Positions 23,241 through 32,270 of a stretch of 64,000 nt of DNA are shown here, in pieces. Source of the stretch: Thiolinea sp. (GTDB taxonomy: Bacteria > Pseudomonadota > Gammaproteobacteria > Thiotrichales > Thiotrichaceae). The DNA lies in the NCBI GenBank assembly GCA_035391465.1, contig DAOPKY010000007.1, forward strand, positions 19,847 through 83,846, written 5' to 3'. Positions within the stretch are counted from its first letter, which is position 1, and every line of letters starts with the position of its first letter. The position numbers and the translations under genes are program-made. The notes beneath the pieces were generated by a model, which was not told where the DNA came from, did no database searches, and saw only the letters and a program-made list of their open reading frames with translations.

Positions 23241-23261
23241 GGCATTCGTTGGGGGCAGGTG

Positions 23262-23290
23262 CTTGAAAAAACAGTTCTGGCCCCCACTTA
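23262..23290 (+). promoter_or_regulatory. Sigma-32 (heat-shock) promoter upstream of dnaK
   Basis: CTTGAA (23262-23267), 14-nt spacer, CCCCACTTA (23282-23290). Confidence 0.7.
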
Positions 23291-23339
23291 AGAAGCTGGT
23301 TGAGATTCATTGCTCGAAAGATTTCTGGAGAATAAGCAG

Positions 23340-25274
23340 ATGGGAAAAATTATCGGTATTGACCTTGGCACCACCAATTCCTGCGTTGCCATTATGGATG
23401 GTGACAAGCCGAGGGTGATTGAAAATTCTGAAGGTGATCGCACCACCCCTTCCGTGGTGGCTTTTCAAGAAGAGGAAGTGCTGGTTGGACAGACCGCCAA
23501 ACGTCAGGCAGTCACCAACCCGGAAAATACCCTGTTTGCGGTCAAGCGCCTGATCGGTCGCCGCTTTGAGGAAGAAGCGGTTCAGAAAGACATCAAGCTG
23601 GTACCCTACAAAATCATCAAGGCCGACAACGGGGATGCCTGGGTTGAAGCGCGTGGCAAGAAAATGGCCCCGCCGGAAGTCTCCGCACGGGTGCTGATGA
23701 AGATGAAAAAGACCGCCGAGGATTATCTGGGCGAGCCGGTGACTGAAGCGGTCATTACCGTACCGGCCTACTTCAACGACTCCCAGCGTCAGGCCACCAA
23801 GGATGCCGGCCGGATTGCCGGGCTGGAAGTCAGGCGCATCATCAACGAGCCGACGGCAGCTGCTCTGGCCTACGGGCTGGACAAGCGCGGCGGGGATCGC
23901 AAGATCGTGGTTTATGACCTCGGGGGCGGTACCTTCGACGTGTCCATTATCGAAATTGCCGATGTGGACGGGGAAATGCAGTTTGAAGTGCTGTCCACCA
24001 ACGGTGACACTTTCCTCGGGGGTGAAGACTTCGATAACCGCATGATCGATTATCTGGTGGACGAGTTCCGCAAGTCTGACGGTGTTGACCTCAAGGGCGA
24101 CCCGCTGGCCATGCAGCGCCTCAAGGATGCCGCTGAAAAGGCCAAGATCGAGTTGTCCACGGCTCAGCAGACCGATGTGAACCTGCCTTATATCACGGCG
24201 GATGCCTCCGGTCCCAAGCACATGAACATCAAGGTAACCCGGGCCAAGCTGGAGTCGCTGGTGGATGATCTGGTCAGCCGCACCATTGAGCCCTGCAAGA
24301 TCGCCCTCAAGGATGCCGGTGTCAGCGCGGCTGAAATCAAGGATGTGATCCTGGTCGGTGGTCAGACCCGGATGCCGAAAGTACAGCAGGCGGTCAAGGA
24401 TTTCTTTGGCAAGGAGCCACGCAAGGATGTGAATCCGGATGAGGCCGTGGCTGTCGGTGCCGCCATCCAGGGTGGCGTGCTTGGTGGCGGGGTCAAGGAC
24501 GTGCTGCTGCTGGATGTCACACCGCTGTCACTCGGGATTGAAACCCTGGGCGGGGTGATGACCAAGCTGATCGAAAAGAATACCACCATCCCGACCAAGG
24601 CCAATCAGGTGTTCTCGACCGCTGATGACAACCAGACTGCCGTGACCGTGCACGTATTGCAGGGTGAGCGCCAGATGGCACGCGACAACAAGTCACTGGG
24701 GCGCTTTGACCTGCAGGACATTCCACCAGCACCGCGTGGCATGCCCCAGATCGAAGTGACCTTCGATATTGATGCCAACGGTATCCTGAATGTGTCCGCC
24801 AAGGACAAGGCAACCGGCAAGCAGCAGTCCATTGTGATCAAGGCGTCTTCCGGCCTGTCGGATGGCGAGATTGAGCGCATGGTCAAGGATGCCGAAGCGC
24901 ATGCCGAGGAAGACAAGAAGCAGCGTGAGCTGGTGGAAGCCCGGAATCAGGCCGACAGCCTGGTGCATGCAACCGAAAAATCCCTGCGCGATTATGGTGA
25001 CAAGGTGGAAGCGGCGGATCGTGCCAATCTGGAAAACCTGCTGGGTGAAGTCCGGGATGCCCTCAAGGGGGATAACAAGGCCGTGATTGAGCGCAAGTCT
25101 GAAGCGCTGGCTGAAGCTTCCGGCAAGCTGATGCAGAAAATGGCCGGTGCTGAAGCCGGTGCTGAAGGGACCGCCGGTCCTGCCGGTGGCAGTGCAGGCG
25201 GCAAACAGTCGGCAGGTGGCGGCGATGATGATATTGTCGATGCCGAGTTTGAAGAAGTGGATGACAAGAAGTAA
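23340..25274 (+). CDS. dnaK: Molecular chaperone DnaK (Hsp70)
   Basis: [17 protein letters not shown]... The start is set at the conserved Met (ATG 23340) behind GGAG; the track ORF begins 10 codons earlier. Confidence 0.98.
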   Translation: MGKIIGIDLGTTNSCVAIMDGDKPRVIENSEGDRTTPSVVAFQEEEVLVGQTAKRQAVTNPENTLFAVKRLIGRRFEEEAVQKDIKLVPYKIIKADNGDAWVEARGKKMAPPEVSARVLMKMKKTAEDYLGEPVTEAVITVPAYFNDSQRQATKDAGRIAGLEVRRIINEPTAAALAYGLDKRGGDRKIVVYDLGGGTFDVSIIEIADVDGEMQFEVLSTNGDTFLGGEDFDNRMIDYLVDEFRKSDGVDLKGDPLAMQRLKDAAEKAKIELSTAQQTDVNLPYITADASGPKHMNIKVTRAKLESLVDDLVSRTIEPCKIALKDAGVSAAEIKDVILVGGQTRMPKVQQAVKDFFGKEPRKDVNPDEAVAVGAAIQGGVLGGGVKDVLLLDVTPLSLGIETLGGVMTKLIEKNTTIPTKANQVFSTADDNQTAVTVHVLQGERQMARDNKSLGRFDLQDIPPAPRGMPQIEVTFDIDANGILNVSAKDKATGKQQSIVIKASSGLSDGEIERMVKDAEAHAEEDKKQRELVEARNQADSLVHATEKSLRDYGDKVEAADRANLENLLGEVRDALKGDNKAVIERKSEALAEASGKLMQKMAGAEAGAEGTAGPAGGSAGGKQSAGGGDDDIVDAEFEEVDDKK

Positions 25275-25299
25275 CAAGACTGTTCTCTACTGACATTAT

Positions 25300-25341
25300 C
25301 AGGCGCGTTGCCCGGCAACGCGCCTGCTTTTGTATTTTTTT
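25300..25341 (+). terminator. Stem-loop/partial terminator between dnaK and dnaJ
   Basis: Perfect 12-bp stem CAGGCGCGTTGC / GCAACGCGCCTG, 3-nt loop, then CTTTTGTATTTTTTT. Confidence 0.6.
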
Positions 25342-25356
25342 CCGGGGATCCGAATT

Positions 25357-26520
25357 ATGTCCGAACGTGATTACTACGAAATCTTGGGGGTTAACAAGAA
25401 TGCCAGTGAAGCCGACCTGAAAAAGGCATTCCGACGCCTGGCCATGAAATATCACCCGGATCGTAATCCGGATGATGCCGATGCCGAGCAGAAATTCAAG
25501 GAAGCCAAGGAAGCCTATGAGGTGCTGGGTGAGCCCAACCGGCGTGCCGCCTATGACCAGTTTGGCCATGCCGGTGTCAGACAGTCGGCAGGCGGCGGCG
25601 GTGCCGGACCGGGCGGCTTTGGTGACATTTTTGAGGATATCTTCGGCGATATTTTCGGGAGTGGTGGACGCCGGGGGGGTGGGAATCGTGCCTACCGGGG
25701 CAGTGACCTGCAGTACAATCTGGAGCTGGGGCTGGAAGAGGCGGTATTTGGCACCGAAGTGGATATTCGGGTACCGTCGATGCAGACCTGCGACACCTGC
25801 GAGGGCACGGGGGCCAGAAAGGGATCACATCCACAATCCTGTCCGACCTGCCATGGCCAGGGGCAGGTACGCATCCAGCAGGGCTTTTTCTCGGTACAGC
25901 AAGCCTGTCCGCAATGTCGCGGGACGGGCCGCATTATCGCTGACCCGTGTCAGGACTGTCATGGTCAGGGACGGGTGGAAAAGCAGAAAACCCTGTCCGT
26001 GCGTATTCCCATGGGCGTGGATACCGGCGACCGTATCCGTCTCAGTGGCGAGGGTGAAGCCGGGATCAACGGTGGTCCGTCGGGGGATCTGTATGTGCAG
26101 GTGCATGTGAAGCCGCATGAGCTGTTTGTGCGCGATGGTGATAACCTGTACTGTGATGTGCCGATCCGCTTTACCATGGCGGCGCTGGGAGGGGAGCTGG
26201 AAGTGCCCACTCTGGAAGGCAAGGTCACACTTAAAGTCCCGCCCGAGACCCAGACCGGCAAGAAATTCCGCCTGCGCGGCAAGGGTGTCAAATCGGTACG
26301 CAGCGCCAGCATGGGGGACCTGATCTGCAATGTGGTGGTGGAAACACCGGTCAATCTGACCAAGCGCCAACGCGAACTGCTGACGGAGTTCGATGCCATC
26401 ATGCAGGAAGGCGGGCAGCGCCACAGCCCGCAGCAGCATGGCTGGCTCGACAAGGCCAGACACTTTTTTGATGATATGAAGCATGACCTGTTCGGGTCGG
26501 AAAAACAGGGCAAGGATTAA
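25357..26520 (+). CDS. dnaJ: Co-chaperone DnaJ
   Basis: J-domain ([12 protein letters not shown]...HPDRN), G/F-rich region and four CxxCxGxG zinc-finger repeats. Confidence 0.97.
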   Translation: MSERDYYEILGVNKNASEADLKKAFRRLAMKYHPDRNPDDADAEQKFKEAKEAYEVLGEPNRRAAYDQFGHAGVRQSAGGGGAGPGGFGDIFEDIFGDIFGSGGRRGGGNRAYRGSDLQYNLELGLEEAVFGTEVDIRVPSMQTCDTCEGTGARKGSHPQSCPTCHGQGQVRIQQGFFSVQQACPQCRGTGRIIADPCQDCHGQGRVEKQKTLSVRIPMGVDTGDRIRLSGEGEAGINGGPSGDLYVQVHVKPHELFVRDGDNLYCDVPIRFTMAALGGELEVPTLEGKVTLKVPPETQTGKKFRLRGKGVKSVRSASMGDLICNVVVETPVNLTKRQRELLTEFDAIMQEGGQRHSPQQHGWLDKARHFFDDMKHDLFGSEKQGKD

Positions 26521-27366
<846 letters not shown>

Positions 27367-27426
27367 CTCGCTACGCTGTCCTTACCCCGGCCAGGGAACA
27401 GAATGATTAATGCAAGGAGCTGAAGT

Positions 27427-27954
27427 ATGAAAATCTGGGATTTGCCGGTGCGTGTGTTTCACTGGACGCTGGTGATTGGTATCGGTTTCATGTGGTTTTC
27501 CGCCGAGACCGGCGGGCTTTGGATGGACTGGCACATGCGGGCGGGTATCTTCCTGCTGGCACTGGTGCTGTTCCGGATTGTGTGGGGGCTGATGGGCAGT
27601 GATACCGCCCGCTTTTCCCGTTTTGTGAAATCACCCGTTCATGCGCTGGGCCACCTGAAGGAACTGGGCAGTCGGGCACCGGCCTGGCATGTCGGCCATA
27701 ATCCGCTGGGGGCCTGGATGGTGGTGGCCCTGTTGCTGACAGTGCTGGTACAGGCGGTAACCGGGTTGTTTGCCTCGGATGACATCATGGTGGAAGGTCC
27801 GTTGTATGGTCTGGTGTCCTCGGCGTTTTCCGGGCGCATGACCGGTCTGCATCATCAGGTGTTCAACTTGCTGTTGCTGCTGGTGGTGCTGCATGTGGCG
27901 GCTGTGCTGTTTTACCGGTTTTACAAGGGGACCAACCGATTCGTGCCATGGTGA
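27427..27954 (+). CDS. Cytochrome b561-like (PF01292-type) membrane di-haem protein, apparently frame-broken near the 3' end
   Basis: MKIWDLPVRVFHWTLV... plus later HNPLG and His-containing helices typical of the family. The ORF stops at 27954, but the conserved (I)RAMVTG motif and a final TM helix continue in another frame to TGA 28071-28073. Confidence 0.75.
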   Translation: MKIWDLPVRVFHWTLVIGIGFMWFSAETGGLWMDWHMRAGIFLLALVLFRIVWGLMGSDTARFSRFVKSPVHALGHLKELGSRAPAWHVGHNPLGAWMVVALLLTVLVQAVTGLFASDDIMVEGPLYGLVSSAFSGRMTGLHHQVFNLLLLLVVLHVAAVLFYRFYKGTNRFVPW

Positions 27955-28173
27955 CGGGAAATGCAGAGGGTGCACAGGGTGAGGCACCGGCATTGCGCAG
28001 TGGCTGGCTGGGGCTGGGCGTCTTTCTGGCCTGTTATGGCGTAGTCTGGGGAACGCTAGCCTGGCTTGGCTGAAGCCGGATTGAGGATTTCCGGAACAGG
28101 CAGGGTAATTATTTCCTGCCCGTTCCACCGCTTGGGTGACTGATCCGTTTCCGGGTCAGTTCAGATCACATGA

Positions 28174-28644
28174 TTAGTCTTTTTCGCGGTAGCTGTCGTG
28201 GCAGGCCTTGCAGCTCTGGCCCACTTTGCCGAACTGGGGCTTGATCTGGCCCATGTCGCCGGATTCCGCAGCGCTGGCCAGATTGGCAGCTTCAACCTGG
28301 AAGTTTTTCATTTTCTCCCTGAAATCATCCATGTTTTCGGCGATCTCCGGTTTGGCGTCAGTATCCCCGGTATAACTGCCGTCAATAAAGCCATTGATGG
28401 GATAATGGCTCAGGTTGGCGAGGGTATCGGCATCCTGCTTGAAGGTTTCCGCATTGAATTCGGTATCCCCCTTGACCATGTCACCCATGGCACTGAAATG
28501 GTGCCGGATCATGGTATAAGCAGCCTGACGGTATTCGATGGCAGCCTCTTCCGGTGTGTCGGCAGCATTGCTGACCCCCTGAATTGATACCATGCCCGTG
28601 ATAACGGCGGCTAATGTCCAGCCAATCTTTTTTGCAGCAAACAT
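28174..28644 (-). CDS. Cytochrome c' (class II c-type cytochrome)
   Basis: Signal peptide, four-helix-type sequence and a C-terminal CKACH haem-binding motif (...GQSCKACHDSYREKD). Confidence 0.85.
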   Translation of the reverse strand: MFAAKKIGWTLAAVITGMVSIQGVSNAADTPEEAAIEYRQAAYTMIRHHFSAMGDMVKGDTEFNAETFKQDADTLANLSHYPINGFIDGSYTGDTDAKPEIAENMDDFREKMKNFQVEAANLASAAESGDMGQIKPQFGKVGQSCKACHDSYREKD

Positions 28645-28794
28645 ATATGCTCCTTTTGCTGATGAAAAAAACGATCCTGATTATAGCGTAGCCAAAGTGG
28701 ACTGCCATTAAGAAGGGTAAATCATTGGTGAATAGGGACAGAATAACGATTATCGGGGATAATCACAGTAATCTTATGTGCAGGAGATTGCTCC

Positions 28795-29331
28795 GTGAGC
28801 CGGATATTGATGCTGTATCGGCATGCCAAGTCGGACTGGAATCAGGCCACGACTGATCATGAACGCCCACTCAACGCGCGTGGCCGGCGTGATGCCCGGA
28901 GTATGGCGGTGTTCATGAATACCTGTTTCACGCGTGAACACTGCCAGCCTGAACAGATACTGTGCTCCACTGCCAGTCGTACCCGCCAGACCCTGGCGGT
29001 TCTGGTCGACATGCTGGGGTATCCGCCTGCCCGGACCCTGTTTGAGGATTCCCTGTATCTGGCCAGCCGTGAGCACCTGCTGCAGCGGGTCAGAATGCTG
29101 GAGTCCGGTCTGCAGCGGGTCATGCTGGTCGGACACAATGATGGGCTGGAGTTGCTGCTGGAGCTGCTGTGTCCGGATGCGCCGCGCAAGGACAACGGTC
29201 GCCTGCTGGCAACGGCGAATCTGGCCATGATCCGTCTGGATACCGACTGGAGAACAATACAGCCGGCCTCAGGGAGCCTTGACCGGCTGGTACGCCCGGA
29301 CGAACTGAATAATATCCAGCTGTTGTCATGA
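28795..29331 (+). CDS. sixA: Histidine phosphatase family protein (SixA-like)
   Basis: GTG start behind GGAG; catalytic RHAKS motif at residues 9-13; size typical of SixA. Confidence 0.6.
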   Translation: MSRILMLYRHAKSDWNQATTDHERPLNARGRRDARSMAVFMNTCFTREHCQPEQILCSTASRTRQTLAVLVDMLGYPPARTLFEDSLYLASREHLLQRVRMLESGLQRVMLVGHNDGLELLLELLCPDAPRKDNGRLLATANLAMIRLDTDWRTIQPASGSLDRLVRPDELNNIQLLS

Positions 29332-29346
29332 GTGCCGACAAAAAAG

Positions 29347-29380
29347 CACGCCGGCCATCCGGTCGGCGTGTCGGGTTTGT
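29347..29380. terminator. Bidirectional stem-loop between convergent sixA-like and repeat-protein genes
   Basis: Stem CACGCCG / CGGCGTG, with an A-run on one side and a T-rich stretch on the other. Confidence 0.5.
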
Positions 29381-29401
29381 GTGAAAAGGCTGATTTGTTA
29401 A

Positions 29402-29908
29402 TCAGCAACCGCACTGAGGGGTATGCCGATGTGTCCGGCTGATACAGTGCTGGTGGCGTTGTTGTTGCTGTTTGCGCTTCTGGGCCCAGTAGTGGTTATT
29501 GTTTTGCTGGTGGCGGATTACCGGTGCGGGCCGTACTACCTGAACAACCCGACGCGGCGGGTGATAAACCCGTGGGCGATGGTAAACCTGACGCGGCGGG
29601 TGATAAACCTGCGGGCGATGGTAAACCTGACGCGGTGGGTGATAAACCTGCGGGCGATGGTAAACCCGGCGTGGCGGGTGATAAACCCGTGGGCGCTGGT
29701 AATGGCGGACCTGATGGTTGTTGTTATTGGCAATCGCATAAGCGGCGCTTCCCGCAATCAGGCCGACAGCAAATGCTGCAACCTGCGAGTTTTTATTGGA
29801 ATGATGGGAGCGTTTTTTGTGATGGTAGTTGCCACCCGCCTGTGCACTGCTCATGGCAAACAGCGCCAGCAGTATGAAGGTTCCGATACTGACTGCTTTT
29901 GATTTCAT
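29402..29908 (-). CDS. Secreted/exported, highly basic His-, Pro-, Tyr-, Arg-rich tandem-repeat protein (unknown function)
   Basis: Strong RBS (AAGGAG, 9 nt before the ATG) and signal peptide MKSKAVSIGTFILLALFAMSSAQA. The body is VYHPPR[RQ]/VYHRP[QR] repeats, and there is no Asp or Glu anywhere. Confidence 0.7.
   Translation of the reverse strand: MKSKAVSIGTFILLALFAMSSAQAGGNYHHKKRSHHSNKNSQVAAFAVGLIAGSAAYAIANNNNHQVRHYQRPRVYHPPRRVYHRPQVYHPPRQVYHRPQVYHPPRQVYHRPRVYHPPRRVVQVVRPAPVIRHQQNNNHYWAQKRKQQQQRHQHCISRTHRHTPQCGC
29546..29710 (-). repeat. In-frame tandem repeat, 39-nt compound unit (21 + 18 nt), about 4 copies
   Basis: The plus strand shows alternating ...GGTGATAAACC... and ...GATGGTAAACC... 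units, encoding VYHPPRR/VYHRPQ on the minus strand. Confidence 0.85.
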
Positions 29909-30079
29909 TTTGGTTTACTCCTTGAAGGCCCGGATAGGCGGACCAAGTCTGTGTGAGGGTTGCTGTGTGTCATAAGGGCGAATGCTTCACAACAACGTTC
30001 AAGGATGGAAGGGTATCCTTATTTTCAAGCTTAGGCAGCGATTGTGAAAAGAATGTGGAAACCCATGATCTGCTTGAAA

Positions 30080-30556
30080 TTAATCCAATTCATTGTTTTT
30101 ATTGGCTTTAGTGGTATTGACTGAATCAGGGGAAGGATTGAAGGCCTTTTGCCGGGCCTTGAGCATTTCCTCCTGGATCAGCGGGAAAATATCAGTCATG
30201 TACAGGTTCATTTTAGCCATGGCTGATTTGGCTCCGGCACGGCTGTAAAAATCAGCCAGCACGCACAGCTCATCAGCGGTAAAATGTTGCACCAGGACGG
30301 TCTTCATGCCTGTTGTCAGGCGTTCAATATCCAGGTGTTTGGTCAGCATGTCGATAAACGGCTGGCGGGCTTCGACCGGCAGGCTGGCCGTGGTGCTCAG
30401 GGCGATCTCCTGCAGCATCACGGATGGCGGATTGGCTTCCAGATAGCGCTCGGCCTGTTCCAGCCGGTTTTGCGGGGTATCTTCAATACTGTCAAGCGCC
30501 AGGGCATGTAATATCAGCAGGTTGGCCAGCAATATGCCCAGCAGCAGTTTTTTCAT
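30080..30556 (-). CDS. Periplasmic DUF2059-like protein
   Basis: Signal peptide MKKLLLGILLANLLILHALA; helical body with FTADELCVLADFYSRAGAKSAMAK, resembling the DUF2059 core. Confidence 0.55.
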   Translation of the reverse strand: MKKLLLGILLANLLILHALALDSIEDTPQNRLEQAERYLEANPPSVMLQEIALSTTASLPVEARQPFIDMLTKHLDIERLTTGMKTVLVQHFTADELCVLADFYSRAGAKSAMAKMNLYMTDIFPLIQEEMLKARQKAFNPSPDSVNTTKANKNNELD

Positions 30557-30575
30557 AATGCTTTCCTATATAGTC

Positions 30576-30594
30576 AGCAATGATCATCAATCGT
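30576..30594. promoter_or_regulatory. Weak Fur-box-like sequence in the divergent DUF2059/piuC spacer
   Basis: AGCAATGATCATCAATCGT matches 11 of 19 positions of GATAATGATAATCATTATC (my count). Confidence 0.25.
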
Positions 30595-30698
30595 GGTAAT
30601 GCAATGATTTTAGAATATTTGAGCACAATTAACCGGAGAATCTGTAAGGAAGTCAGGTTATTCAGGCGGGTGTTGATACCGGCTGTGGAGCAGTGAGC

Positions 30699-31373
30699 AT
30701 GTTGTTGCATATTCGCGCTGTTTTAAGTCCCGAAACCCTGCAGGCCGTGCAGAAAATGCTGGAGCAGGCCGTGTATGTGGATGGACGTCGCTCAGCCGGG
30801 CGGGAAGCCGCCGGGGTCAAGCACAATCAGGAGCTGGCTGCCGATGATCCCCTGCGTGCGCAGCTGGACCGGCTGGTGATGGGGGCACTGGTGCAGCATC
30901 CGCGTTATCAGGCCGCAGTTCTGCCTTTGCGGGTGGCGGGTGCATTTTATGCCCGTTATCAGGCCGGCATGAATTACGGTTTTCATGTCGATGATCCGGT
31001 GATGGGACCGATGCAGGGGCGTTATCGCAGCGATGTTTCCACCACCGTGTTCCTGAATGATGCCGGTGATTATGACGGGGGCGAACTGGTGCTGCGAACC
31101 CCGTTGGGAGAACAGGCCGTCAAGGGGGCTGCCGGTGACGCGGTGATTTATCCTTCATCCTACTGGCATCGGGTTGCCGATGTGCGCTCCGGTACCCGGC
31201 TGGTGGCGGTGACCTGGGCTCAGAGCATGGTACGCAGTCCGGAGCAGCGTGAGCTGCTGTATCAGCTGGCACTGGCGCGTGAAGGGGTGATGGAGCAGCT
31301 GGCGGGGTCGGAAGTAGCAGCAAACCTCAGTACGGCCTATGCCAATCTGGTACGGATGTGGAGCGAGGTCTGA
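30699..31373 (+). CDS. Fe(II)/2-oxoglutarate-dependent PKHD-type hydroxylase (PiuC/YbiX family)
   Basis: MLLHIRAVLSPE... aligns with E. coli YbiX (MMYHIPGVLSPQ...), including YDGGELV and YPSS..H. ATG 30699 sits behind GGAG (30687-30690). Confidence 0.85.
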   Translation: MLLHIRAVLSPETLQAVQKMLEQAVYVDGRRSAGREAAGVKHNQELAADDPLRAQLDRLVMGALVQHPRYQAAVLPLRVAGAFYARYQAGMNYGFHVDDPVMGPMQGRYRSDVSTTVFLNDAGDYDGGELVLRTPLGEQAVKGAAGDAVIYPSSYWHRVADVRSGTRLVAVTWAQSMVRSPEQRELLYQLALAREGVMEQLAGSEVAANLSTAYANLVRMWSEV

Positions 31374-31383
31374 GAAGGCGCAC

Positions 31384-31410
31384 AAAAAAACCGCTGAATG
31401 CGGTTTTTCT
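31384..31410. terminator. Bidirectional intrinsic terminator
   Basis: AAAAACCGC / GCGGTTTTT stem with a 5-nt loop, flanked by an A-run and a T-run. It lies between convergent genes. Confidence 0.7.
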
Positions 31411-31445
31411 GTGATTCCGGAACAGCCCGTGGTTTTGCCCGGAGC

Positions 31446-31643
31446 CTATTTCCAGAAATTGGCTTCCGTGCAGGCAATTTCACGCACTTCGTTGGCCAGC
31501 TCCTGATAGCGTTCACGGTAGGCCTTCCACTCGCTGCCGACGTAATAATCTTCGGAGTTGAACTCACCGGAATGTTCGTGAGCCTGAAATTTCTTCTGCA
31601 TTTCGATCATTTCCTGGATGATCTGCTGTTTTCTGTCACTCAT
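31446..31643 (-). CDS. Hypothetical 65-aa cytoplasmic protein
   Basis: Internal Met of track ORF 31446..31814, preceded by GAGAGG. The upstream part of that ORF overlaps the tusE-like gene and is low-complexity. Translation is MSDRKQQIIQEMIEMQKKFQAHEHSGEF...; family not recognised. Confidence 0.45.
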   Translation of the reverse strand: MSDRKQQIIQEMIEMQKKFQAHEHSGEFNSEDYYVGSEWKAYRERYQELANEVREIACTEANFWK

Positions 31644-31746
31644 GGGCAACACCTCTCGGTCTTTCTGTTTCAGGCTGTCAGCATAATCGCAGAGCAGGGT
31701 CGGAGGTAATATCCCGTAAGGGGAAGCCGCCCGGCCATCCTGTTGC

Positions 31747-32088
31747 TCAATAGCCTCCCTTGCGGGTTGTGGCGGGCAGTCCGGCAACCTTGAGTCCCTG
31801 CTTGCTGGGGGCACGCGGAAACAGGTCGTACAGGTCCCTGCTTTTCAGTTTTGTGTTCCATTTCTGCTCCATGGCTTTCAGGATCGCACGTTCCATGGGC
31901 TGGTTGCCGTTGTTGTTGATGTATTCATCACGCAGGTAGTGAACGACATCCCAATGGCGTTGGTTCATTTCCCCAATACCCTCGGCAGCCGCAATGACCC
32001 TGGCGGCTGCCTCGTCCCAGTCACTGATATTGACCAGATAACCGGCATCTGTTGCTGCAATGGTTTTTCCGTTGACTTCGTAGTCCAT
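31747..32088 (-). CDS. DsrC/TusE-family protein lacking the C-terminal cysteines
   Basis: Aligns to E. coli TusE (GYL...WSE..A..IA..EGI....HW.VV.F.R..Y......P..R.L.KAM...). It ends ...KVAGLPATTRKGGY* rather than ...AGLPKPVKCI* or ...PKPTGCV*. Confidence 0.8.
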   Translation of the reverse strand: MDYEVNGKTIAATDAGYLVNISDWDEAAARVIAAAEGIGEMNQRHWDVVHYLRDEYINNNGNQPMERAILKAMEQKWNTKLKSRDLYDLFPRAPSKQGLKVAGLPATTRKGGY

Positions 32089-32270
32089 TTTCTGCCTCAT
32101 CACGATATGCTTGTGCCACGGCGGGTCGGCAGCCAGATACCGGCCCGCGATGGTTAATCGGGATTATAAGCACGGTAAGGCAGCCGCCCATTCCCCGGAT
32201 GGGATAATGCCAACCGGGGACAGGCATGCCAACGGATTATCGGTCTGTTTTGAGGCCTGTTTGAGCCGGA

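Noticed and set aside
28924-28940. parS-like sequence TGTTTCACGCGTGAACA.
   Set aside because: The half-sites are mis-spaced (2-nt insertion, 1-nt deletion relative to TGTTTCAC|GTGAAACA). It is not a true palindrome, it lies inside the sixA-like CDS, and it is 13 kb from parAB.
29423-29902. Plus-strand ORFs encoding GDKP(A/V)GDGKPDAA repeats, opposite the His/Pro repeat gene.
   Set aside because: They are the mirror image of the same DNA repeat. The minus-strand frame has a strong AAGGAG RBS, a canonical signal peptide and a downstream terminator. The plus-strand frames have none of these.
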